Origin: Nemertoderma westbladi
Taxonomy: Eukaryota > Animalia > Xenacoelomorpha
NCBI GenBank assembly: GCA_032718475.1
Contig: JAUCBJ010002501.1
Coordinates: forward strand, 1 to 64,000
Reading direction: 5' to 3'
DNA: 64,000 bases
This document shows positions 25,199-37,113 of the stretch, in pieces (position 1 is the stretch's first letter; each line of letters opens with the position of its first letter). A model generated the notes under the pieces. It made no database searches. It was given only the letters and a program-made list of their open reading frames with translations, and had not been told where the DNA came from. A program made the position numbers and the translations under genes.

Positions 25199-26748
25199 AC
25201 GCCGTGTTAATAACTTTAATGATTCTACTTATTAACTGAAACTGTATACAGATAACCGATTTAATATAGCAAAGAATGAGTGTATTATAATGCGTTGTAT
25301 GTTTAGTATGAATAGATCGTATGATGTTCATATTTATCTGATCTAAGAAACTAGCGCATGAATTAGAACAAAATATGACATACATAGAGACATATAAACA
25401 TAATTCCGGTAATAAATTTAAATTTATTTAAATTTATTGAGATTTGTTGAATTTATAGTTAACGATAAAATTTTTAATTAATGACCAACTTTCAAAAGTA
25501 ATTCGAGAAAAATTTAATGACTTAATAAAATACATTTTAGACCGAAGGAGGGTCGGAGTGTTTAAAAAATAAAAATAACATTTATTATAACTAAAACTGT
25601 TTAATTAATTAAAAAATAATTAATCTCTGAAGTTATTCTTCCTCTTGGTTTCAGTTTGGTGAATTTAAGTTATCACCAATTTGATTACTTTTACATTTTA
25701 AGAGGTAATCGCCTGATTGGATTGATTTTGATTATGAAACAGTGTGATATTATATAACATAATAATAATATAGAAAAACCCAGGCTATCTCTATGGGTTT
25801 ATTATTATTGGGGGGAATCGAACGGTGGGTGAGGGACTAATTGCCTTCTCGCCAACTTTGGAATACTCAATTTGACTCCCCACGGCAACGGCTATTTACC
25901 TAGACTATGGAACCACAGACGTCCTGGGACAAAGATGTTTCGTTGGACCGATGCTAGACCTATATATACCTAGACGGATCGGATCTGCGTGACGTGATGG
26001 GTGACTCGTCATCTAACTTACCGGTGAACCAAATAATTATCTCAACCTTTCCCTGGAAATTGCCTGCAGACGGGAAAAACACCGGGTGAATGACCTTCAG
26101 GAGTCAGTCCCCGAAAACGGAGTCTATTAGAATTTCAGAAGTTTGATTAATTTGGCGTTGAAATGTTTATATTGTTAATACTTGGTTTGTTGATAATTTC
26201 TTTGATATGATAACTTTACTTGCCGGTAATATAGTTTTATTCAGAAAGCCTATTATATTAATCATGTTATTATTCTAAGAATATATATTAAGTTATACAT
26301 ATAGTGCAATAGTTTTTACTGGATCAGCAAACATTACCTAGAGAAACCTTGCCTAAATGGGAGCCAGCAAGTACTAAGTATTTCATTTCGAGTTAATCAT
26401 ACTCAATCGTAAATTTTTAGAAATTTTTGTTGTTGTTGTAATAACGGTGCAATAATTAAATTAAATGCCTTTGTTAGTTTATTTTCCCTTATTGATAGTT
26501 AATTAATTTGAGTTCCAACTCAAAATGTATACACCATATATACTTAACTACAACTACGTAAATAATTAATAGTTTAGTATGTGATAGTCACAAATATAGT
26601 AGTTTACAACAATTATTAATAACGTATTGTGTTACCAATATAATTATTTACGTGTGTCATAATGGTGAAGGGATTACGTGCAATTTATTGTACCACCAGT
26701 TTCCTTTTTGTTTATAAATAATTTATAAATAAATTTTTTAGGGAGCGG

Positions 26749-27327
26749 TATGACGTCACCTGGTGGCCTGTAAAATGACAAAATGACACTTCTGCACACT
26801 TCTACGACACGACTGCACTACTCCTGCAACACAGAGAGTAGCCTACCGATGTAGGCATACTGCAGTACTGCTAACTACTGACTGGGAAAATTCATAAAGT
26901 TCTTATGGGATTTGTTCCCAATCCTACAATAACAGACAACATTACTCACCAGCGCCTAGAACAATCCACCAGGTCACCGGGTCCGTCGTCCGTTCTCTAT
27001 TATATCGTGGGTTACAACTTATATTTCCGTCACTCTATTCCGCCGTGAGGAGGGGCTTCACTCGCGGTCAAGCGAGCAAGGTAACTTTGGCAATCAGGTA
27101 ACTCTATTGGGTTTGGCAGTTTGGGTATTTATATTAAGGTGCAGGGAGAGCCTGGAGTCTGTTTGGGAGGTTTGGACATCCTTATAAAAGGAGCTCTAGA
27201 ATTATCAGCCCAGTCAAGGCTTACACGTGGCCCAGGGGAAGAAATACTTGGAGTACCGCAACCGGCCCTCCTTATTTCCTTCCCGGCTATAGAATCTTCA
27301 CAAAGGATTCTTTTAGCCAACGTGATA
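26749..27327 (+). repeat. 3' LTR (579 bp)
   Basis: By eye differs from the 5' LTR by one substitution (~27048) and one 36-to-13-bp replacement near 26792. Confidence 0.93.
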
Positions 27328-29689
27328 GGACATGGTCATTGAACTTGAAATTGGAAGAAAATACCAGTCCCGGGTGTTTGTGAGTCTCACCACACGGAAG
27401 GGCCTCACCATTTAGATGTAGTGACACTGTCTGGTAGGGGATGGAACCATACATAGTCATTACAATGGTTTTCTCTGGGTTAAAAGTTACGAGCCATTTA
27501 GTAGCCCAAGTGTGTAGTTCATGAAGTTCGTGGTTAAGAAAGTGAGCGCGCACAACAGGATGACTGATTCTAGATGAAAGAGATGTATCGTCAGCAAACA
27601 GTGAACAGTTTGCCGACAATACATCAACAAGGTCATTTATGTAAATAATAAATAAGATGGGACCGAGCACACTTCCCTGGGGTACGCCAGTGAGCACCGC
27701 CAGAAACAGTGAGCATGTCCCATCTAGTACTACACGCTGCCAACGCCCTGATAAATAACATTGGAACCATGCCAATAAACGACCGCGGATTCCCATTCTA
27801 TATGATTTTTCAAGGAGACCTGCGTGCCATACCCTGTCAAAGGCTTTTGTGACATCACAGAATATTACTTGTGTGACGTCGCCTTCGTCCCAGGCCTGGC
27901 ACCAGGAGTCGTATAGGAAGAGAAGTTGGTTTTGGCAACTATCGCCGGGAATAAATCCTGATTGTCGTTTCGATATTTTATGCCATAGGAAATTCCAGAT
28001 ATGCTTTCTGACAACAGTTTCAAAAAGCTTAGAAAGGTTATTTAATAAAGAAATTGGGCGATAGTTGCCAGAATTATAAAATTCTCCCTTTTTAAAAATT
28101 GGAGTAATATTAGAATACTTCCAGGATTGTGGAAAAATAGAAATGTTAAGTAACGCATTAAGTAAAATAGTTAAACCAACTATTAAAGAGCCGGATAATG
28201 ATTTAATAACGCTGTTACTTATTCCATCGATACCAGGAGATCCATTCGTATTTAAGGATGAAATACCTGAACCTACGTCCTCTTCTGAAATCTGTATGTG
28301 CTCTAGGACTGCTTCTTCAGGGACGCACTGAACAGTCGCGGGGTCGGGGTGTACTGTAGTGAAGTCGGGGGTAAAGATTGTGGTATGGGATGTACCGCTG
28401 CAGGCTCCACGAGATATACCACCGATGGTACAGTCTGGGGTATGGGGTGTGCCGCCGGTGGTACAGTCTGTGGTATGGGATGAAGCACTGGGGGCACTAC
28501 AGGATGTACCACCGATGGTATAGTCTGGGGTATGGGGTGCACTGCTGGAGGTACAATCGGAGGTGTGGGATGTACTACCGGTGGTACAGTATGGGGTGCA
28601 CTGCTGGAGGTACAATCGGAGGTGTGGGATGTACTACCGGTGGTACAGTCTGGGGTATGGGGTGCACTGCTGGAGGTACAGTCGGAGGTGTGGGATGTAC
28701 TACCGGTGGTACAGTCTGGAGTATGGGGTGCACTGCTGGAGGTACAATCGGAGGTGTGGGATGTACTACCTGTGGTACAGTCAGGGGTATGGGGTGCACT
28801 GCTGGAGGTACAATCGGAGGTGTGGGATGTACTACCGGTGGTACAGTCTGGGGTATGGGGTGCACTGCTGGAGGTACAATCGGAAGTGTGGGATGTACTA
28901 CCGGTGGTACAGTCTGGAGTATGGGGTGCACTTCTGGAGGTACAATCGGAGGTGTGGGATCTACTACCAGTGGTACAGTCGGGGGTATGTGGTGAAGCAC
29001 TGGAGGTACTACAGAAAGTACCACCGGTGGTACAGGCTGGTGTGTGGGATGTACTAGCGGTGGTGCTGTCTGAGGTGTGGATTGTACTGGGGTCGTCGGT
29101 AATAAACCTGGTAAAGTGGAATTAATGACAAATCTGTTATTTAGAACTTGGGCATTGTCAAAGGCTTCATACACCGCTGTATCACCATCAAATAAGAACG
29201 GGATGGATAATAATTTGTTTTTCCCCAGTACCGACTTTACTATTGAAAACTATTTCTTAGAGTCTAAGTTGCTGGAACTTTTGGTTGATAAATACAATTC
29301 ACTAGAATATGAAGCCTTAGCTAAGCGAACTTTTTGAGTGACAAAATTTCGATATTTTCTGAATTTGACCCATTGATTTGAGTTGTTGGGTGTCCCTTTG
29401 GCTCGTTTGTGTAGCCTTTCCCTGCGCCTGAACAGTGAGCGCAACTCATTATTTATCCACTTAGGGTCGCTGGATCTGGTTTTTATTTTGTGGCTGGGAA
29501 TAAATCTATTCGTACCTTCAAGTAAAGTCTCTGTGAGAAAATTAACACCTTCAACAGGGTCATCGGCATGTGCACCAAAGTAGCTACTAAGACATTTGCT
29601 ATTTAGGAATTGTCTGAATTCTCTCCAGTTCACTTTGTCATAATCCCATACGGTACGAATGAAAAGGGGTGGCGGTTTAATATCAACGT
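27328..29689 (-). mobile_element. CR1/Jockey-group LINE ORF2 remnant with internal VNTR
   Basis: RTVWDYDKVNW; SPGIDGI; TPIFKKG..NYRPISLL; QSGF; FCDVTKAFDRVWH; GVPQGSVLGPILF; LFADD. Stop at 29250 and frameshifts. Confidence 0.9.
28380..29060. repeat. 33-bp (66-bp dimer) VNTR inside LINE ORF2
   Basis: Dimer unit GGTACAGTCTGGGGTATGGGGTGCACTGCTGGA / GGTACAATCGGAGGTGTGGGATGTACTACCGGT; minus frame reads (VPPVVHPTPPI VPPAVHPIPQT)n. Confidence 0.92.
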
Positions 29690-30657
29690 GAGACAGACTT
29701 GCACCATTCTTGTTCATAATTGTTGTTGACTATGTTCTACGCATGTCCTTAGATCATCATAATGATGATGGGGTGATGATAACTCCACCTACTGGTTCCA
29801 GAAGTCGAGGAAATCCTGCCAAGTACCTAACTGATCTAGACTTTGCTGATGACTTAGGGGTACTCTCAGAATCACTAGAGGGAGCCCAATGGCTCCTCAG
29901 CTCATTAGAACATGCTGCTTCTAGTGTTGGTCTTTTTATTAACTCCAGAAAGACCAAAATTTTGACAGTTAACTTTGAAAGTCCTCAGCAAGTCTCTGAT
30001 CGGATGAGCATAAGCTCAAAAGATGGTATGCTTGAGCATGTGGATGACTTCTGTTACCTGGGATCATGGATCCGGAAGTCAGGTGAGGACGTTCGAATAC
30101 GTAAGGGAAAGGCATTGGCAGCCTTTAATAGGCTTTCCAGGATTTGGAAGTCACCGAGAATTAATCGGAAACTTGAGGTCCGATTATTTAGAGCAGCAGT
30201 AGTTCCAGTACTCCGCTATGGGATTCCATGCTGGGCTCTAACTGCTCAGGACACCAAATCTCTGGATGGCACATTCACAAGAATGCTACGCCGGGTTCAT
30301 TGTGTCAAGTACAATGCACACATCTCCAACGAGACACTATATAACATTGGAGGTATCTCATTGCTTCCCCCAAGCTTGACACTAGAACAAAATCGCCTCC
30401 GCTTTGCAGGACATTGCTTTCGCCGTGAGGACCAGCCAGTGCATAATCTTGTACTTTGGCAGCCCCATGGAGTGAATAAGCATGGTGGACAGCCCATGAC
30501 TTTCTTGAGACGCATCTTAAAGGACACTGGCCTTGAAGATGCGGATAATCTAGCAAATGTCATGGGTGATAGGGAGTTGTGGCGGTGCAATTTTGTCGAT
30601 AAGCCGGCACAGCATTCTTAAAAATGCAGCTGCAATGCAGCATGCCGATCCTAGTAG
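29690..30657 (+). mobile_element. RTE LINE, 5'-truncated, same family as 5879-7399
   Basis: ORF 29710-30621 nearly identical to the 6156-7350 product (DFADD, RLRFAGH); ends GCCGATCCTAGTAG. Confidence 0.92.
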
Positions 30658-30964
30658 ATACTAATTGGTACTACAATTTAGAATTTGTCAATTTGTACAA
30701 CACAAATACATTTCTGTTTAGATTGGCGGTCATGTAGATTGTCGAACTATTAGCTTGTTGCTTTTGAGAATTTAAAGAAAGTGTTCAATGTTAGTTAACT
30801 TTAGTAACTGTTTTTCACTCGTCTATTGAACAAGAAGATTATTAGTTATATTAATTAGGGCTTATTTGACAGGTTTGGTACATTTTAGTGGGAAGTTTTG
30901 TAAACTTATTTGCACTGTCTCATTTCATTTCAGTCCGGATTCCACTGGCTGCAAATACGAATAT

Positions 30965-31338
30965 ATGCGTATGGTGTATGCGTATGGTGTATGCATATGG
31001 TGTATGCGTATGGTGTATGCGTATGGTGTATGCGTATGGTGTATGCGTATGTTGTATGCGTATGGTGTATGCGTATGGTGTATGCATATGGTGTATGCGT
31101 ATGGTGTATGCGTATGGTGTATGGGTATGGTGTATGCGTATGGTGTATGCGTATGGTGTATGCGTATGGTGCATGCGTATGGTGTATGCGTATGGTGTAT
31201 GCGTACGGTGTATGCGTATGGCGTATGCGTATGGTGTATGCGTAGGTATGGTGTATGCGTAGGTATGGTTTATGCGTATGGTGTATGCGTATGGTGTATG
31301 CGTAGGTATGGTGTATGCGTATGGTGTATGCGTATGGT
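30965..31338. repeat. 13-bp minisatellite (CGTATGGTGTATG)n
   Basis: Directly visible; somewhat longer than the copy A array. Confidence 0.95.
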
Positions 31339-31955
31339 GAAAATTATAGGCCTCAGATGACTAGAGAGGACCTAAATATGATTTATGGCTTATGGCTTAT
31401 GAAATGGCTTATGATTAAGCTATTATAAAGTTAGTATATTTATATTATTTATATTATATTTAATATAATAAGTATAAAGAAACTTAAGAAGTTAAGCTTC
31501 CGGTTTATTAATCATGTATTATAATTAGTAATACACTATTGAATGTTTAAAAATGTATTATTATTTCAGATCTTAGTCACAAGGTACAGGTAATTATTAT
31601 TATTACTGGCCTTAGGTACTACTAGGATCGGCATGCTGCATTGCAGCTGCATTTTTAAGAATGCTGTTCCGGCTTGTCGACATACTTTTAGGCATTAGGT
31701 ACACGGTTAATGGAGCCTCTTATAGATACCCTAACTGACGAAATAGTAAAATACGTATGAGAGACTAATGCACTAATATAATGCTTAAAATATCGAATTT
31801 TAAATTATGTACTAAATAAAACGAAATGTTATTATCATATTTAATAGAGAGCAAAACAAAAACAACATGGGTGTTACAAATCCATTATACGTAATGTAAT
31901 GCACAGTACATTGTTGCAACAGTCTCCAATTTCCACCAATGTTGTAGTCCATTAA

Positions 31956-33377
31956 CCCTATTACCACTGGGGTGTTTTGACCATTAGCACCACTGGGGGG
32001 GGGGGGCCGATTCGGCCCACCCACTATATTTTTGTAGTCGTCCAATGAAATCCTACAAAATTTGGGCTGTTGGTGAAACAACTATAGATGAACACTACCA
32101 AACCTTAAAAAATTAAAATTTCATAAGCAGGGACTCATAATTTTGATGAAAAATAAAAGTAGTCCCAGGACAAAATTACAAAATTTTTCGTTTTCTAAAA
32201 ACTAATAGTGTGGCAGTGTTGGCTAGATTTAGTAGGTTTTTCAAGACGCTGAATCGAATGTGATTATATTCCACTTCCAAAAATTGAAGTGGATGCTATT
32301 TTTCGTGCACCTAAGAAGTGGGCGTGGCACTTCAAATTTTGAAAAATTAGATATTCAGAAAAAGCCCCTAATTTTTTTATTTCAACGCATCTTTATGGGT
32401 TTTCTGGGCCGCTGAATCGATTGAAAGTAATATAGAAGCCTGAAGACTGAGTGGTTCGCCATTTTTGGTGCACCAAAATTAGGGCGTGGCACTTCAAATT
32501 TTGAAAAATACGAGATTCGGAAAATAAACCAAAATTGAAATTTTAACGAATTTATATAGGTTTTCCAGACCCCTGAATCGATTGAAAGTAATATAGAAGC
32601 CTGAAGACTTAGAAGTTAGCCATTTTTTGAAATCAAAACTTTAGTGTTTTTTCCGAATAAAGTAATTTTGAAAATTTGAAGTGCCACGCCCTAATTTTGG
32701 TGCACCGAAAATTACGTACACAAAGGATTTGAGGCTTCTATATTACTTTCAATCGATTCAGCGCTCCAGAAAACCTATAAAATTAATTTGAAATCAAAAC
32801 TTTAGTGAATTTTCCGAATCTCGTATTTTTCAAAATTTGAAGTGCCACGCCCTAATTTTGATGCACCAAAAATGGCGAACCACTAAGTCTTCAGGCTTCT
32901 ATATTACTTTCAATCGATTCAGCGCTCCAGAAAACCTATAAAAATGCTTTGCAAATCAATACTTTAGTGTATTTTCCGAATCTCGTATTTTTCAAAATTT
33001 GAAGTGCCACGCCCTAATTTTGGTGCACCAAAAATAGCGAACCACTACACTTACATACTTGTATAGAGCATTAGAGTGATCCAAACCAATAAAAATAAAT
33101 AAAAATAGCCCAAACATAAATAATTACTAAATCACGAATGACTTTGTAAAATTCGAAAATTTCAAAAAATTTGGTGCTGGAGACCAAATTTTGAGGTGGC
33201 ACCCACATCGAAATGTAGAAATCCAATTGCAACGGCGTTTTTTGCAAAAGATGCGGCATTAAATTTGGCTAATTCTCACAAAAAATTGGGCCGGTACGTA
33301 ATGTCGTTGCATAGTTACAGCAACTAAAAACTAGGAAGGGGCCGATTCGGCCCCCCCCCCCCCCAGTGGTAATAGGG
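31956..33377. mobile_element. Non-autonomous piggyBac element (absent from copy A)
   Basis: TTAA-CCCTATTACCACTGGGG...CCCCAGTGGTAATAGGG-TTAA; empty site actcTTAAtgga at ~13905; internal ~165-bp repeats in opposed blocks. Confidence 0.9.
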
Positions 33378-35734
33378 TTAAGAGTGGGTCGCTTTCGACA
33401 CTGCTGAGATGCTGTGACAGAAGAAAACTGAAGATAAAAAAGTGAATTTATCATTCCGGTATTGAATTAGCTGTATATTATTCTACACTTAACACGCATG
33501 ATATGGGTATCTAGACTACATGTATTAAATTATGTGTTTATGTTTTTGTGTAACAATTTTCCGTATACATACATATAATTGAATTGCACCGCAAAATATT
33601 GGGTTATATATAAAATAATATTATAGCAGTACGTAGCTCCTTCACCATGCTATTTAATTCCTATTAGGATATTCAACGGTGCACAGACGATGGCTTGCCG
33701 GGAAGGCCCATTACGCAAACCACCTCCTTTACACATATACATACAGTATATAACAAGATTACGTATCGTATTTAAACAATCCGTATATACTGTAGTACGT
33801 CTAACTACAACTACTGTAAATTACATACCTAAAATAAATGTATAAAACAAAGAACCGGTATATCGTATAAATGATATATATCATCTATATTACTATGCAT
33901 GCACACAAGGGTATAAGTTGATTAATCTTATATGTAGATATAAAGCCGTTCTAATAATAAAACCCTTTCTAATAAGAGTTACTGTATACTGGATTGAGAA
34001 AAGGGTTTAAGAAAATTATTGTAATAGATGGGATAATGCTGGAAAATTACCTGAGATATGTAAGATATGGATAATGCTATAAAATAAGCTAAGATATATA
34101 AGTTTAAAGGATGACTAATTTATAACTAGTGTACAAAATTTTATATGAGTTACTTATTATTAGTTTTGATTACTTGTTTTTAGATATCGTTTGAGACAAT
34201 TTAAAGATAGATATTCTAGGTCGGTGCCTTACAGAGATTGGGAGGCTGTTCCAGACCTCGGGTGCTTGGACCCTGATGGATTGCCTGGCGACCAATAGCC
34301 TAGTCCGGTGCGTTACACAGTTGTTGTTAATAGCGGTGCGGGTACAATGGTCGTGAGTCGTAGATGAGGGTGTGTTGTTAGATGTCAGTGTTACCCCTGC
34401 TTTGTACTATCCGTTGAGCCCTCTGTTGTAGTCTGTGCAGTGATTTAATTGTAGTATTTCGGTTGTCAGTATCTGTCTGTTGTTTCCGCCTTCGTCTGGA
34501 GTGTCGATGTATTGGCGTTTGTCTTGGTGGCCCTGTATTGTCGTTGTTTGTATTATATTTTTGTGCCCAGACAGCATTGCAGTATTGTAAGTAGCGGCCT
34601 ATCATCGTGTTATACAGTATTGTGAGAATCTGTGGGTTGATGGAGTTTTTTATTTTGTTAATAAAACCGACATTCCAGCTTATTTTGGTCCGTATATATT
34701 CGAAATGGTGTTTCCAAGTCGAAATGATGCGTTGTTTATTGTCACAGTTGTGTCAGTGTCTAGTTTCAGATTTCTGTTGTTAGTATGGAAGATAATGTAA
34801 GTCGGAAGAATGGAAGTCGGTTTAGTTGGAACCATTTAGTCAGTTTATATAAATCGTCGTTTCGATGTGAGATAAGTTGATGAATGTCCGTACCTGATTT
34901 TAGAATGTTCATGTCGTCATCAAACTTTGGTGGTTCACTGTGAACTCACACTTGTCCAGTGAAAGGAGGGTTAATAATGCGTGTTGGGTGCACCGTTTTG
35001 TTCTAAATCCGAATTGTGCTGGTGTTAGTATAATTAAATAAATTAATTAATTAGCATAATTAAATAGTCTGTTAGTTCGGTCTGTACAATCGAGTTCAAT
35101 TCGAGTATTTTTGAGAAGTATGTAAGTACTGATATTGGTCTGTAATTTTGTACGAATGTCGGATTTACTGATTTGAAAATAGGTGTGATACGCGCAATTT
35201 TCATTTGTTTTGGTACTGAGCCGCTACTGAGAGATATATTCACAATGTTTGAGAGCGGTTCAGCTATTAGTGTGATGGTCGGGTACACAGCAGTGGCTGG
35301 CAATCAAAGTGGTGGACAATATTTTCGTTCACTGCAGATATATCTCTATTGATATATCCTGCCACCATTGGTTGATGGCCAAATGACATTGAATCTGTGA
35401 TTAATGCTGAGAGAACCACATTCTCGTAAGTAATTGTCTCTATCCTCTCTTTGACCCCCGTCGCAGTGCATAAAGATCTCAATTATCAAGCCTCTGATAG
35501 ATACAGCAATGAATGACTCTCTGTCTGTGCCAGTTTTAATTCGTTCACAGTGCTGGTATATATTTTCCTTCCTTCATGAAAATGGCAGTGCCACCTTTGC
35601 CTCTCACTGTCATTTTCGGTATGGAAATGCCTTCAGTGATAGTGAAAAGGCAGTAGTAAATATTCAATGTAAATAGGACAATATGATAATGCTCTCCATA
35701 GCGAAAAGTATCAACCGGCCCTATTGGGACTTGA

Positions 35735-35778
35735 ACCCGGTACCTAGGTTTCAAACTTCTGGTTATCATCAGCCGGGT
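35735..35778 (-). ncRNA. Type I minimal hammerhead ribozyme (monomer 1)
   Basis: Reverse complement reads ACCCGG CUGAUGA UAACCAGAAGUUU GAAA CCUAGG UA CCGGGU. Confidence 0.78.
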
Positions 35779-36102
35779 GAGTGTACTGAGCTACCAGACC
35801 GGATGAATATTTCGCTGTGGAGTGGGAGATCATATTTAGGCCAACTAATCACTCAAAGGAAAGTACAAGTTCGTTATTCCCGTGCCTTGCCAGAAATGGC
35901 AACCATGCCTCAAAGAATAACTATTATACAGTGTTGTAGAAACCACTGTAACCCTGTACGCCTGGCCCAGGCTGTTATTTAATAATAATAAGTGAATTGT
36001 TGTGGGGTGAGTGACGCGGTGTATTAAATATACAATGTAAATAGGACAATATGATAATGCTCTCCATAGCGAAAAATATCAACCGGCCCTATTGGTGCTC
36101 GA

Positions 36103-36146
36103 ACCCGGTACCTAGGTTTCAAACTTCTGGTTATCATCAGCCGGGT
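36103..36146 (-). ncRNA. Type I minimal hammerhead ribozyme (monomer 2)
   Basis: Same motif 368 bp away. Confidence 0.78.
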
Positions 36147-36335
36147 GAGTGTACTGAGCTACCAGACCAGATGAATATTTCACTGTGGAGTGGGAGATCA
36201 TATTTAGGCCAACTAATCACTCAAAGGAAAGTACAAGTTCGTTATTCCCGTGCTCTGCTAGAAATGGCAACCATGCCTCAAAGATCTCCCACTCCACAGC
36301 GAAATATTCATCCAGTCTGGTAGCTCAGTACACTC

Positions 36336-36379
36336 ACCCGGCTGATGATAACCAGAAGTTTGAAACCTAGGTACCGGGT
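36336..36379 (+). ncRNA. Type I minimal hammerhead ribozyme (inverted monomer) within a tRNA-like unit at ~36314-36397
   Basis: Stem I ACCCGG/CCGGGT; CTGATGA 36342-48; GAAA 36362-65; palindromic CCTAGG; predicted cleavage after GUA at 36373. A-box TAGCTCAGT at 36321, B-box GGTTCGAGCCC at 36377, T5 run at 36406. Confidence 0.8.
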
Positions 36380-37113
36380 TCGAGCCCCAATAGGGCCGGT
36401 TGATATTTTTCGCTATAGAGAGCATTATCATATTGCCCTATTTACATTGTATATTTAATACACCGCGTCACTCACCCCACAACAATTCACTTATTATTAA
36501 AAGGCAGTAGTTGCAGCCCTTATGTATTATCTCGTCCCGCATCCCTAACCAGTCTTCCTGGATGATAAAGATGTCTGGTCTGTTCATTGTGAGAAAGTTA
36601 TTAATGTATTGTTTATTCCTGGTATATCCTTGACAGTTATAGGTAGCAATACTGATTTTGGTTATCATCCTATCCATTGGGTGTCTCATATCATCAGACT
36701 AGGATAATTTATCAACAGTAGTATTAACAATTTATCAAGAGTCTATCAAGCCTGTATATAGACTGACTCAAGGTATTATTGGATTAATCAAGTTGGATCT
36801 TGACTATAATCAGTTTATTTGAGATATATTATCTTTGTTGGATTTGGATAAAATTAGAAATACTTCTCGTTCTTAAACCACATGGAGCAACATACAATGG
36901 CTAATACAAGATCTGCTGTCATGTAAATTGTGGAAAGAAAGAGAAAATATATATTACTCATTTCATATGCTATAGCCAAAACGTTTAATATTGTACATGG
37001 TACCATTGTATTCAACACAATGATGGTTGCTCTTTCATACATTTAATAACACATGCCTACACTACTAACTAATGTACAGGTTAACAGTATATTATGACGA
37101 TGGGCTTACTGAT

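Larger units (their letters stand above)
15682..27327 (+). mobile_element. BEL/Pao LTR retrotransposon with both LTRs, coding region disabled
   Basis: Two near-identical LTRs; gag-PR-RT-RH-IN order; flanks ggacg (15677-81) / ggaca (27328-32); purine tract AGGGAGCGG at 26740-26748. Confidence 0.95.
35658..36498 (-). mobile_element. Non-coding retrozyme-like retroelement: ~1.7 tandem 368-bp monomers plus an inverted partial monomer, each with a tRNA-like unit and a hammerhead
   Basis: 13-bp TSD AAAAGGCAGTAGT (35645-35657 / 36499-36511); empty site in copies A and C; direct repeat offset 368 bp; 36281-36498 is the inverse of ~35983-36199. Confidence 0.82.
34170..36689 (-). mobile_element. L2/CR1-type LINE remnant (longer version of 12239-13100), interrupted by the retrozyme-like insertion
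   Basis: ORFs 36468-36689 (APE motif) and 35043-35303 (NYRPISVL); further degenerate RT sequence at ~34380-35040. Confidence 0.75.

Noticed and set aside
25199-26748. env-like gene in the long BEL 3' region
   Set aside because: No substantial plus-strand ORF; AT-rich non-coding sequence.
28378-29125. Plus-strand Gly/Cys-rich ORFs
   Set aside because: Antisense readings of the 33-bp VNTR.
36314-36397. Functional tRNA gene
   Set aside because: No proper D-stem or anticodon arm, and acceptor and T stems are mismatched; it is tRNA-derived only.
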